From Desulfatiglandales bacterium (lineage in GTDB: Bacteria > Desulfobacterota > DSM-4660 > Desulfatiglandales > Desulfatiglandaceae): 64,000 nt of DNA. The stretch covers positions 2,464,001-2,528,000 of the forward strand of contig OY759599.1 in NCBI GenBank assembly GCA_963662465.1. Reading direction: 5' to 3'. Position 1 is the stretch's first letter. Every line of letters begins with the position of its first letter. The notes beneath the pieces were generated by a model. The model saw nothing but the letters and a program-made list of their open reading frames with translations. It was not told the origin of the DNA and made no database searches. The translations under genes and the position numbers were made by a program. Below are positions 11,999 through 22,192 of this stretch, piece after piece.

Positions 11999-14701
11999 AT
12001 GAAACGTCCGTCCCCATGGCTCCATATCCTTATTGCGGCAAGCACCTTGATGGTCATCGCCGCGGCTTTCCTCCTCAGCGCCAGAACCCAACGCGCACTA
12101 CGGGACATGGCGGCAGAAGAGTTTAACCAACAACAGTTGATATTGGCCCACTCGGCCGCCAACAGCATCGAAATATATTTCAAGGCATTAATTGCTGATC
12201 TATCCGCCCTGGCAAACATGCCTGAAGTTTATGGACTAACGCCCGAGCATCAGAAAATTTTGGAACAGACATATTGGGGGTTCCCACGAAAAACCTCCAT
12301 AAGACTGCTAGACCATAAGGGCATTCTGCGGTATATTTATCCCCGTGGGGGGTGGCGAAAAGACCTGACAGGCAAGGACTACAGCCGAGAGGCATATTTT
12401 CAGCAGGCAATGGAAACGGGACGCATCACCCTTTCGCCGCTGATTTACAACGAGCAGGGGGAAGCACGCATCAGAATTGCAGTTCCCATCTCCCTTCCAG
12501 ACGGTACGGACCCTCTGGAGGAAAAAGATGGCCGAGATATTGCCGTCACGTCAACTGATCCGGCAAATCAAAAGGGCGTCAGGGTTAGGGGGGTTCTGGT
12601 GGGTTCAATAAATTCGGCAATCATTTCCCGCGATTTCATCTCCCCCATTGTTTCGGGAAAAACCGGTTATGCATGGTTGTTGGATTCGGAGGGAACCTTC
12701 CTTTCACATCATTTAAATGAGTTTGTGGGCCGGAACGCCTTTCGGATACGGCATGCCAGAAATCCCTTCTTTTCCTATGACGCCATTAACAACATCCAAC
12801 ATTTGATGATGGTCGGAGCGGAAGGAAAAGACCGCTATATTTCCGGCTGGCATCGGACGCGGGATGGCGAGGTTGAAAAACTCGTGGCCTACTCGCCCAT
12901 CCAGATCCTGAACAGCATCTGGTCGGTGGCGGTGTGCGCCCCCGTAAACGAGGTTGAAGGCATCGTCAACAGGGCCCGGCGCTCCGAACAACAATCATTG
13001 GCCCTGGTAACCGCCGTACTCCTGCTATCCGGGGCTTTTTTCTTCATAACCCGCTATCGCTGGTCCCGGTCTCTGGAGCGGGAGGTGGAAAGGCAGACAA
13101 GAGACCTTAAAGCCAATGAAAAGAGAATGCGGGCCATTCTCAATGCTTCTCCAATGGGGGTCAGTCTACTCATAAACCGTAAAATGATCTGGTTCAACAA
13201 AGCCATGCACGATATGCTCGGTTATGACGACGCCTTTCTGGGTGAAGATCTCATGGCCCTCTATCCAAACCAGGCGGAATACGAACGGGTGGGCCATGCG
13301 CTTTACGCCAATGTCGACGGGTCAGGAACCGGCAACATGGAAACAAAATTGGTCCGTAAAGACGGTACTTTTCTGGATTGCTACCTTCAGACCTGCGCCG
13401 TTGAGCCTTCGGACCCATCCCAGGGATATATCGTGGCCATCGTGGATATCAGCGAACAAAAAAAGCATGACCGGCAAAAAAAAGAACTGGAAAACAGGCT
13501 CCGTCAGGCGGAAAAAATGGAAAGCATCGGAAGCTTAGCGGGAGGGATTGCCCATGATTTCAACAATATCCTTTTCCCCATTGTCGGCTATACGGAAATT
13601 TTGCTGCACAAGGCCCCCGAAGGGAGCGATTCCCATGATCTGCTGGATCGGATTCTCAAAGCTGCGGATCGTGCAAAAGATCTGGTGCGCCAAATCCTGA
13701 CCTTCAGTCGCCAGGGCGACACGGGATTAAAGCCGATTCGGCTTCAACCCACGGTAAAGGAGGCCCTTAAACTGCTAAGGGCATCGATTCCCGCCACCAT
13801 AGAGATTCGTCAGCGGATCGAAAATGGGAATGCCGTGGCCATGGGAAACCCGACCCAGGTCCATCAGATCGTCATGAATCTGTGTACCAACGCCTATCAT
13901 GCCATGGAAGATCAGGAAGGGGGAAAACTTGAGGTCAGTCTGACGGAAGTTGAGCTGAACAATGGCGTTTGCGATCTGATGAATATGAGACCGGGGCTCT
14001 ATTTGGAACTGAAAATTTCCGATACCGGGCCGGGGATGGCGCCTGAAATCCTGAACCGAATTTTTGAACCCTATTTTACCACCAAGGAAATTGGCAAGGG
14101 AACCGGTATGGGATTGGCCGTGGTGTACGGTATTGTTCAGGATTTCAATGGGGATATACGGGTGAACAGTGAACAGGGAAAGGGAAGCGCCTTCCACATT
14201 TATCTGCCCGCCGTTCATACCAGCAAAAATGGCGGGGAAGAATCCGGTCCGGATCATTTTTCAGGAGGAAAAGAGCGGGTCATGCTGGTGGATGACGATG
14301 TAGATGCCATTTCCGTCCAGGAAGAAATGCTGAAGCAACTGGGCTACACGGTCATTCGCCAGACCAGCAGCCTGGCGGCCCTGGAGATGTTTCGCCGGGA
14401 CCCCAAGGCGGTGGATTTCGTCATCACCGATTTGACCATGCCAAATTTGACGGGTGACAAACTGTCGCGGGAACTCGCCGATATTCGGGCGGATATCCCC
14501 ATTATCCTCTGCACCGGAAGTAATGAAAAGATGTCCGAAGAAAAAGCAAAGCGTCTGGGGATCAAGGGTTTCTTTCGAAAACCGGTCAAAACGGGCGTTC
14601 TTGCCAGGATAGTGCGGAAAGCATTGGACAATTCAGAAAAACCGGGGGATCACCCCTTCATTCTTGATAATCATTTGAAAGGAAAACCGGGAAAAAAATG
14701 A
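11999..14701 (+). CDS. dCache-PAS hybrid sensor histidine kinase/response regulator
   Basis: TM-dCache (GKTGYAWLLD)-TM, PAS, HDFNN, HATPase, receiver. Confidence 0.93.
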   Translation: MKRPSPWLHILIAASTLMVIAAAFLLSARTQRALRDMAAEEFNQQQLILAHSAANSIEIYFKALIADLSALANMPEVYGLTPEHQKILEQTYWGFPRKTSIRLLDHKGILRYIYPRGGWRKDLTGKDYSREAYFQQAMETGRITLSPLIYNEQGEARIRIAVPISLPDGTDPLEEKDGRDIAVTSTDPANQKGVRVRGVLVGSINSAIISRDFISPIVSGKTGYAWLLDSEGTFLSHHLNEFVGRNAFRIRHARNPFFSYDAINNIQHLMMVGAEGKDRYISGWHRTRDGEVEKLVAYSPIQILNSIWSVAVCAPVNEVEGIVNRARRSEQQSLALVTAVLLLSGAFFFITRYRWSRSLEREVERQTRDLKANEKRMRAILNASPMGVSLLINRKMIWFNKAMHDMLGYDDAFLGEDLMALYPNQAEYERVGHALYANVDGSGTGNMETKLVRKDGTFLDCYLQTCAVEPSDPSQGYIVAIVDISEQKKHDRQKKELENRLRQAEKMESIGSLAGGIAHDFNNILFPIVGYTEILLHKAPEGSDSHDLLDRILKAADRAKDLVRQILTFSRQGDTGLKPIRLQPTVKEALKLLRASIPATIEIRQRIENGNAVAMGNPTQVHQIVMNLCTNAYHAMEDQEGGKLEVSLTEVELNNGVCDLMNMRPGLYLELKISDTGPGMAPEILNRIFEPYFTTKEIGKGTGMGLAVVYGIVQDFNGDIRVNSEQGKGSAFHIYLPAVHTSKNGGEESGPDHFSGGKERVMLVDDDVDAISVQEEMLKQLGYTVIRQTSSLAALEMFRRDPKAVDFVITDLTMPNLTGDKLSRELADIRADIPIILCTGSNEKMSEEKAKRLGIKGFFRKPVKTGVLARIVRKALDNSEKPGDHPFILDNHLKGKPGKK

Positions 14702-17319
14702 GACGTCCGTCCCCATGGCTGCATACCCTGATTGCGGCCGGCACATTGATGGTCATCGCCGCGGCTTTCATCCTCAGCGCCGGAACCCAGCGAGAATTAA
14801 AAAAGATGGCGGTAGCAGAGTTTAACCGACAGCAGTTGATACTGGCCCGTTCGGCCGTCAACAGCATCGAAATCTATTTCAAAGCATTGATCGGTGAACT
14901 CTCCGCCCTGGCAGCCATGCCTGAAGTCCGTCGGATAACCTCCGAAAGCCGGAAACTCCTGGAACACGCCTATTGGGGTTTCCCACAAAGAACCTCCATC
15001 AGACTGCTGGATCATAAGGGCGTTTTGAGCTTCATCTATCCTTCCACGGGATGGCGAAAAGGACTGATCGGGAAGGCATATGGCGGAAACGAATATTTCC
15101 GGAAGGCAATGGAGACGGGCCGCGTCGCCCTCTCCCCGCTCGTTTACAACGAACGGGGTGAAGCGCGGATCAGGATTGCGGTTCCGATCTTTCCACCCGA
15201 CCGGGCGGATGCCGCGGATGGGAAAGATCATAATGCTCCGACGACCAAACCAGCCAATCCGGCAGTCGTCCTGGTGGGCTCACTGGATCCGGAAATCATT
15301 GCCGACAACCTGATATCCCCCATCCGATCAGGGACAACCGGCTATGCCTGGGCCCTGGATTCAGAGGGCGTCTTCCTTCATCATTATTTAAATGAGTTCG
15401 TAGGCCGGAACGCCTTTCAGATACGGCGTACCCGAAATTCCTCTTTTTCCTATGAAGCCATTGAGAACATCCAGCATCTGATGATGGCCGGAGCGGAAGG
15501 GAAAGGCCGCTACATTTCCGGCTGGCACCGGGATCAAGCAGGCCAGGTCGAAAAACTCGTGGCCTACGCACCCGTCCGGATCCTTGACAAAACCTGGTCC
15601 GTGGCGGTGTGCGCGCCCATGAGCGAGGTTGAAGAAATCGCCAACAAAGCCCAGCGCTCGGAACGACATTCATTAATTCTGGTAACCCTGGTACTCACCC
15701 TATGCGGCGCTTTCTTCTTCATCACCAGTTATCGCTGGTCTCGATCCCTGGAGCTGGAGGTCGAAAAGCAGACAAAGGATCTTGAGGCCAATGAGAAGAA
15801 AATGAGGGCCATTGTCAATGCTTCTCCCGTAGGGATAAGCCTGTTCATAAACCGTAAAGCCATCTGGTTCAACAAGGCAATGCACAGCATGATCGGCTAT
15901 GAGGAGACCGCTTTTTTGGGCAAGGACGTTAAGGCGCTCTATCCAAACCCGGAGGAATACGAACGGGTGGGCCGTGAGCTTTACGCCAACGTCGGCAAGT
16001 CAGAGACCAGCAGCATGGAAACAAGAATGATCCGAAAGAATGGTTCTTTTTTGGATTGTTACCTCCAGGCCTGTGCCGTTGATCCTTCCGACCCGTCCCA
16101 GGGATATATGGTGGTGGTGATGGATATCGGCGAGCAAAAAAAACATGCTCGGCAAAAAAAGGAATTGGAAGACCGACTCCGTCAGGCCGAGAAGATGGAA
16201 AGCCTCGGATCTTTGGCAGGAGGAATTGCCCATGATTTCAACAATATCCTTTTTCCCATCGTCGGCTACACCGAGGTATTGCTTCAAGAGACCCCAGAGG
16301 GGGACGATGCGCAGGACCTGCTTGAGAGAATCCTGAAGGCCACGGATCGTGCAACAGACTTGGTCAAACAGATCCTAACCTTTAGTCGCCGGGGCGAAAC
16401 AGGATTAAAACCCATTCGAATCCAACCGGTGGTAAAAGAAGCGCTTAAACTGGTCAGGGCATCAATTCCCACCACCATTGAGATCCATCAACACATTGAG
16501 AATGAGGGCGGCATCATTATGGGAAACCCAACCCGAATCCACCAAATCGTCATGAATCTATGCACCAATGCCTATCATGCCATGGAGGAGAAAGGCGGCA
16601 AACTTGAGGTAACGCTAACGGAAATTGATTCAAAGGATAACGCTCACGGTCTTATGGGGATGAAACCAGGACCATATTTAGCCCTGACCGTCTCCGATAC
16701 GGGAGACGGCATGCCACCTGAAGTCCTGAAGCGGATTTTTGAACCCTACTATACCACCAAGGAAATGGGCAAGGGAACCGGTATGGGGTTGGCCGTGGTG
16801 CATGGCATTGTCAAGGAGTTTGGCGGAGACATAAAGGTTGACAGCGAACTCGGAAAAGGGAGCGCCTTTAAGGTTTATCTGCCCGTTATCCATGCCCGGG
16901 AGAAGGCATCCGAGGCGCCCCGCCGGGACGACTTTTCCGGAGGCAATGAGCGAATACTGCTGGTCGATGATGATGAAGACGCTGTTTTTGTTCAGAAAGA
17001 GATGCTGAAACAGCTTGGATACACCGTCACCCACCGCACGGACAGCCTGGCGGCCCTGACGCTGTTTCAAGCCTATCCCAACGATTTTGACCTCGTCATC
17101 ACGGACCTGACCATGCCGCATATGACGGGAGACAACCTCGCACGGGAACTCGTAAATATCCGACCGAGCATCCCCATCATTCTTTGCACCGGAAGCAACA
17201 AAAAAATATCCGAAGAAGACACGGGCCTTCCTGGAATCAGGAATTTCTTTAGAAAGCCTATTAAAATGAGGGCCCTTGCCAAGGTCGTCCGACAGGCACT
17301 GGCCCCCATTCAACCCTAA
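14698..17319 (+). CDS. dCache-PAS hybrid sensor histidine kinase/response regulator (tandem paralog)
   Basis: Co-linear with 11999-14701; ATGA start/stop overlap. Confidence 0.93.
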   Translation: MRRPSPWLHTLIAAGTLMVIAAAFILSAGTQRELKKMAVAEFNRQQLILARSAVNSIEIYFKALIGELSALAAMPEVRRITSESRKLLEHAYWGFPQRTSIRLLDHKGVLSFIYPSTGWRKGLIGKAYGGNEYFRKAMETGRVALSPLVYNERGEARIRIAVPIFPPDRADAADGKDHNAPTTKPANPAVVLVGSLDPEIIADNLISPIRSGTTGYAWALDSEGVFLHHYLNEFVGRNAFQIRRTRNSSFSYEAIENIQHLMMAGAEGKGRYISGWHRDQAGQVEKLVAYAPVRILDKTWSVAVCAPMSEVEEIANKAQRSERHSLILVTLVLTLCGAFFFITSYRWSRSLELEVEKQTKDLEANEKKMRAIVNASPVGISLFINRKAIWFNKAMHSMIGYEETAFLGKDVKALYPNPEEYERVGRELYANVGKSETSSMETRMIRKNGSFLDCYLQACAVDPSDPSQGYMVVVMDIGEQKKHARQKKELEDRLRQAEKMESLGSLAGGIAHDFNNILFPIVGYTEVLLQETPEGDDAQDLLERILKATDRATDLVKQILTFSRRGETGLKPIRIQPVVKEALKLVRASIPTTIEIHQHIENEGGIIMGNPTRIHQIVMNLCTNAYHAMEEKGGKLEVTLTEIDSKDNAHGLMGMKPGPYLALTVSDTGDGMPPEVLKRIFEPYYTTKEMGKGTGMGLAVVHGIVKEFGGDIKVDSELGKGSAFKVYLPVIHAREKASEAPRRDDFSGGNERILLVDDDEDAVFVQKEMLKQLGYTVTHRTDSLAALTLFQAYPNDFDLVITDLTMPHMTGDNLARELVNIRPSIPIILCTGSNKKISEEDTGLPGIRNFFRKPIKMRALAKVVRQALAPIQP

Positions 17320-17341
17320 CGGGGAATCATCAAACCCCCTC

Positions 17342-19267
17342 CTAAAACTTACCCCATTCGTCGTCGTCAAATGGAATAACCTGTTCAGGATCCAATTCAT
17401 TCCGGGAGCTTCCGGCATTGCCTTTAGCGGCGGTCTTGCTGAACGCTCGTTTGGGCGCCGGTAGTGCGCCGGTAGGACGCCGTCTTGCCGTTGTCGCATT
17501 TTTCGCCGTTGTCCGTCTGACAACAGGACGTGGTCCTACCTTTTCCTTTTCATCGGCGGAGCCACCGGTTATGGCCATCAATTCCCTTACGATGTTCTCA
17601 AGTTCTGCGGACTGTGCACTCATTTCTTCGGCAGCGGCGGCGGTTTCTTCGCCATTGGCGGCATTTTGCTGAACGACCTTGTCCATTTCGTTAACGGCTT
17701 TGTTGATCTGCTCGATCCCTTCGGCCTGCTCCTTAGTCGCGGCGCCGATTTCATCCACCAGTTCACCAATCTTCATGGCGATATCCGTATTCGCCGCAAA
17801 CCCCTCCTGTGTTTTCTGGGTCAGCTCATTGCCGTTCTTCACCGCCAGAATGGTGCCTTCAATCAGTTCCGAGGTATTCCTGGCCGCTTCCGCGGCCCGC
17901 ATGGCAAGATTTCTCACCTCATCGGCCACCACCGCGAACCCTGCCCCCGCCTCCCCGGCGCGAGCCGCTTCAACCGCCGCATTCAACGCCAGTAAATTGG
18001 TCTGAAAGGCGATTTCATCTATGGTTTTGATGATCTTGCCGGTTTCTTCGCTGGAGTGGGTAATCTTCGCGATGGCGTTAATCATGTCTTCAAGACTCTT
18101 ATTGGCATTTCCCACAATGACCCCGGCCTCTTTCATCATTTGCATGGCCTTGTTGGCATTGTCCGAATTCTGCCGGGTCATGGAGGACATTTCCTCCAGG
18201 GAAGAAGAGGTTTCCTCAATAGATGCCGCCTGCTCGGAAGACCCTTCGGCAAGAGACTGGCTGGCCGATGACACTTCCAGAGAACCGGAGGCCACCTGAT
18301 CACCAGCGTCCTTAAGATTTTTGATGGCCCGCTTAAGGGTTTTGAATACAGTTCCCGTGGTAAACCAGGTCATCAGCCCCACGAGCAGCACCGCCGCCAG
18401 TCCCAGAATGAAAGCGAACATCTTCATGTGGCTGATGGTTGAAAGCATTTCCGAGTCTTCAATGGCAGCGGCCATCACCCACCCCTTTTTGTCATAGGTG
18501 GCGATTTGGCCCGTTTTATCCTTACCTTCCCAGAGGTAATGGATAACGCCGGTTTTCTGTTGCAGCATTTTCCGACCAAAGTCAAAATCATTCATGTTGG
18601 TCTTCAAGATATGCTTTTTGTTTTGATGGGCGAGTACAACGCCTTTGCTATCCATAATGAAGATGTAACCCGTTTCTCCAATCTTGCTCCGGCTCAAGAA
18701 TTGATCTGAAAAATTAATGAGGTCCACTGGGCTGCCCATAATGCCCGCCAGCTTGTCCCCCACATAAATAGGCGCTGTAATCAGGGCGACAGGCCTTCCG
18801 CTGGCTGGAGATTTCATCACGTCGCCAACCCACACATTGCCCGCTTCGGCCTTTTGGACGTTAATGGCGTACCCGGGAATCTTGGCAATTTCAACGCCGA
18901 CCGATTTTCCCCCAACAGAATCCATGAAAATCTTCCCGTTTTTGTCAGCCAGAAATATGTTTTCGTTAAAGGGTGACTGCTTTTGATAGATATTCAGTCT
19001 GTTTTGCGCTTCATCCAACCGTTTGCCTTCGCAGGCAGCCCTGAAGACGCCGTTTTCACTGAAAAGGAGAACATCTCTTTCTCGATCGCCAATCCACATG
19101 CTGAGCTCATCAAGGCTTTTGGAAACAATTTGTTCCATCAAAATTCCCTGCTGCGTCAAAATCGCTTGCGAGGCAGTGTGATAGAAAAAAAAGGTCAGTG
19201 CCCCGATGGCAATGATCGAAACAGGAATGATTTGTAAAAGCAGTTTATTGCGAAAATTCATCTTCAT
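17342..19267 (-). CDS. Methyl-accepting chemotaxis protein with dCache sensor
   Basis: KIGETGYIFI dCache motif, signalling hairpin, C-terminal pentapeptide EWGKF. Confidence 0.95.
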   Translation of the reverse strand: MKMNFRNKLLLQIIPVSIIAIGALTFFFYHTASQAILTQQGILMEQIVSKSLDELSMWIGDRERDVLLFSENGVFRAACEGKRLDEAQNRLNIYQKQSPFNENIFLADKNGKIFMDSVGGKSVGVEIAKIPGYAINVQKAEAGNVWVGDVMKSPASGRPVALITAPIYVGDKLAGIMGSPVDLINFSDQFLSRSKIGETGYIFIMDSKGVVLAHQNKKHILKTNMNDFDFGRKMLQQKTGVIHYLWEGKDKTGQIATYDKKGWVMAAAIEDSEMLSTISHMKMFAFILGLAAVLLVGLMTWFTTGTVFKTLKRAIKNLKDAGDQVASGSLEVSSASQSLAEGSSEQAASIEETSSSLEEMSSMTRQNSDNANKAMQMMKEAGVIVGNANKSLEDMINAIAKITHSSEETGKIIKTIDEIAFQTNLLALNAAVEAARAGEAGAGFAVVADEVRNLAMRAAEAARNTSELIEGTILAVKNGNELTQKTQEGFAANTDIAMKIGELVDEIGAATKEQAEGIEQINKAVNEMDKVVQQNAANGEETAAAAEEMSAQSAELENIVRELMAITGGSADEKEKVGPRPVVRRTTAKNATTARRRPTGALPAPKRAFSKTAAKGNAGSSRNELDPEQVIPFDDDEWGKF

Positions 19268-19329
19268 AATTCTCTCTCCTCGATATTGATTTTTTCCCTT
19301 TCGAATTCAAAAAACGCTAATAAAATCAA

Positions 19330-19346
19330 AGCAAATATCATACCAA
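19330..19346 (-). promoter_or_regulatory. Sigma-54 promoter of the chemoreceptor gene
   Basis: Minus strand TTGGTATGATATTTGCT, exact GG-N10-GC spacing, about 60 bp upstream of the ATG. Confidence 0.7.
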
Positions 19347-19737
19347 CACGCTTGAGAAGACATGCATCCATGGAGAGAAAACAACATCGTCAAAACGATT
19401 GAACCGTATTCAGGGGGGTATTAAGGCGTTTGCGGAAAAGTGTTTTATTGCGAGATAGAAGCCGTACTACTCCCTGTTGACGAGAAAAGTGTCATTTTTT
19501 TGACTCCCGAAACCAGACTGGATCTGGTGGCCCTCAATAGTCAAACCGGTGGTTACGTTATTTTCATGTTAGAAAATAATAACCTAAAGACTTGACGATA
19601 CTCCGCCGATAACATCAAAGGATTGACTATTCATCTATCTCGTTATAAAAAGTGGTTTTCATTTTAGGGAATTATAAATTAAGTCTCTAGAGGATCAAAA
19701 CCATTACTCCTTTTAAATCATGCAAGCATAAGTTTAT

Positions 19738-19754
19738 TTGGCATATATTTTGCT
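19738..19754 (+). promoter_or_regulatory. Sigma-54 promoter facing the ATPase array
   Basis: TTGGCATATATTTTGCT, near-consensus -24/-12 element. Confidence 0.7.
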
Positions 19755-19955
19755 GTTGACTCTTTGAGTTTATTTGAAAATAAAGCTGGGAATTGCCCTC
19801 TTTCCATCTGTTTGGCCAAGAAATAAAGTTTTTTTGGTTTTTCTCAAAAATGCTATTTCAGTTTTACCCTGCACGCCTGTATCCACCCGAGCATGTAATT
19901 CAAGGGGCGGAGCTGTAATCTACGAGAGGTCATTTGACTTCATTTCGAAAAATGA

Positions 19956-20074
19956 CAAGAAAATACCATGAGAAATACTCAGAAAACGACGTCTATCTGA
20001 TCGGAATTGAATTTAGCATCGAAGATCGGAATATCGTCAATTTTGAATGGGAGCGGATACTTCCTGAGGGGTAA
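19956..20074 (+). pseudogene. 3'-terminal stub of an AAA-ATPase-like/PD-(D/E)XK nuclease gene
   Basis: RKYHEKYSENDVYLIGIEFSIEDRNIVNFEWERILPEG*, nearly identical to about 24693-24805. Confidence 0.85.
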
Positions 20075-20162
20075 AAAAAGCTATGAATAAATATGCAGCG
20101 TTGAGAGATATTGCCAATTTAAGCAGCAAAAGCAACAACATCCTGCAGAGGAAGATGAAATC

Positions 20163-21308
20163 ATGAATGCACTGCAACCATTCACTAAAGAACCGGCATT
20201 CGTTAACCGGAAGGATGAACTGGCCTATTTGCAGTCCTGGATCAGCGCCAAACCGGAGAACATCCTGTTTCTCTACGGTCCGAAGTCCAGCGGCAAAACC
20301 ACGTTGATCTATCGCTTCATTGAGGAGAATCTGACCAACGGTAAGTACGATATCAAGCACTTTAATTTGCGTGAGCTCCTTCTGGTCAACTACAAGAGCT
20401 TTTTACGGGCTTTTTTCGAGTTGAAAAGCAGCGAGCAGGTCAAGGAAACCCGTCAGTACGATTTAAAAGTCTTCAAGCTCAGCGTGGAGACCCTTAAAGG
20501 GCTGGAATCCAAAGAACTTGACCCGTTCATCGTCATGAAGCGGGAGTTAGAGAAGAGCAATAAAAAGGGCAAGCGTCCGGTAATCATCATTGACGAATTG
20601 CAGGCTCTGGACGAAATTTACTTCAATGGCGGACGCGAGTTGCTCAACGAAATATTCAATTTTTTCGTGGCCATGACCAAAGAATCGCACCTATGCCATG
20701 TGATCATTGCCAGCTCCGACGGATATTTCATCGACCGCGTTTATCAGGACAGCAAGCTGAAGAAAACCAGCCGGTTAATGGAAGTTGAATATATCGGGTA
20801 CGAAGATGTAATGGATTGGCTGAACAATCTGAACACGTTCAGCAAAATTGACCGGTTTATTTTGAATGATCAGCAGAAACAGGCGATATGGGATTTCTTC
20901 GGCGGTTCGTGCTGGGAAATATCCGATTTCTTGGGTGAGCTTTTAAATGTTTCAGATAACGGACGTATTGCAGATCAGGATTTTCAAGAATTACTTCAAA
21001 AGAAGTTAATCCTTTTTCGGTCCATGTTTGTGGAATATGCGACGATTATTCCCACGAAAAGGGCCTTGCTGCAAGAAATGGGACATGTTGTTGGGAATAA
21101 GCGAGCCTTTGTGGTCGAAGATCTTGCTGCCCTTGTAGAAGAGAAAGCATGGGAAGCAGAAGCGTTAATTGGTGAGCTGAATAACCTGGTCCGCAAAAAC
21201 TTTTTGAGCTACGCCCCTCCCCGGGCCGAGTACGCTTTGCAAGGCAGAAGCATGGAGCTGGGGCTTGAGGCATACGTGAAAATGATTGAGCAAGGCCAAA
21301 CAAGATAA
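20163..21308 (+). CDS. MJ-type/COG1672 P-loop ATPase, copy A
   Basis: FVNRKDEL, Walker A GPKSSGKT, Walker B IIIDELQ, and LCHVIIASSDGYFI as in archaeal ATPase (PF01637-like) proteins. Confidence 0.88.
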   Translation: MNALQPFTKEPAFVNRKDELAYLQSWISAKPENILFLYGPKSSGKTTLIYRFIEENLTNGKYDIKHFNLRELLLVNYKSFLRAFFELKSSEQVKETRQYDLKVFKLSVETLKGLESKELDPFIVMKRELEKSNKKGKRPVIIIDELQALDEIYFNGGRELLNEIFNFFVAMTKESHLCHVIIASSDGYFIDRVYQDSKLKKTSRLMEVEYIGYEDVMDWLNNLNTFSKIDRFILNDQQKQAIWDFFGGSCWEISDFLGELLNVSDNGRIADQDFQELLQKKLILFRSMFVEYATIIPTKRALLQEMGHVVGNKRAFVVEDLAALVEEKAWEAEALIGELNNLVRKNFLSYAPPRAEYALQGRSMELGLEAYVKMIEQGQTR

Positions 21309-21389
21309 TATGGGAAACAATGGGCGGCAGCGCTTGGGAAATCTACATAATCTACAACCCTCAATACATTTGAAGGCAAAACGGTCCTG

Positions 21390-22029
21390 GTGGTGGAGGT
21401 GTTTCTTATCGGTTTGAGACCTCATTACTTGACATCTGAGGGTCTTGAAAATGGGTCTTATGTTCGGCTCGGTTCAAGCAATCGGCAAGCGGATCGAGAA
21501 TTAGTAGCTGAACTGCGACGCAGTGCCGAGGGTGTTTCTTTTGATGAACTACCTATGGTGGGTTTGAGCATTGATGATCTCTTGATCTTGTGGTGGCTCA
21601 AACTATGTTTAAGGTGTATCCAAAATCCGGAATCCCGCTATTGCCCGGGTTTTTAGAGAATTGGATTTGATTGAACAATGGGGAAGAGGTATTCCACAAA
21701 TATTCACTGCTGCTCAAAGAATGAAGTTGCCTGAGCCTCAGATAATGGAAATTGGCATGCGGATAAGGTTTATCGTTCCACTGGCAGAAGCGCTTTCCGC
21801 ATTGCGATCACAACATGGAACCAGGTCAGGGGCCCAGTCAAAGGAACTGCTGGAAGCGTTGGTTGCGGGGCCTCTATCCTCCGCTGAGTTAATTGCCGTA
21901 TTGGGACTTAAATCAAAAACGGGTGCTTTTAAACGTAGCATCAGGGAGCTTTTGGAGCAGGAACTGATTGAATACACTATTCCGGATAAACCTAAAAATC
22001 GACGGCAAAAATATCGGTTAAAGAACTGA
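21390..22029 (+). pseudogene. Internally deleted AlbA_2/HATPase_c_4 (RecG C-terminal-like) ATP-binding regulator
   Basis: YVRLGSSNRQAD...SFDELP fragment joined out of frame to SKIRNPAIARVFRELDLIEQWGRG...IEYTIPDKPKNRRQKYRL. Confidence 0.7.
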
Positions 22030-22192
22030 GGTATGGCCGCCTAATAAAAACATCCGTGCTAATCCACGTCCAATAAAAAGAAGACCCATGTTGGATTTCA
22101 GGGTCTTAGACATGAGCCTATTCCAATTAGCTGCTGAGGTCCAACCCAATACCTTGCACGGCCACAACATTTTTTGCCAAGAAGGTGAAATC

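Noticed and set aside
19774..19971. 65-aa ORF behind the sigma-54 promoter
   Set aside because: TTG start, no RBS or motif, and it runs out of frame into the nuclease stub.
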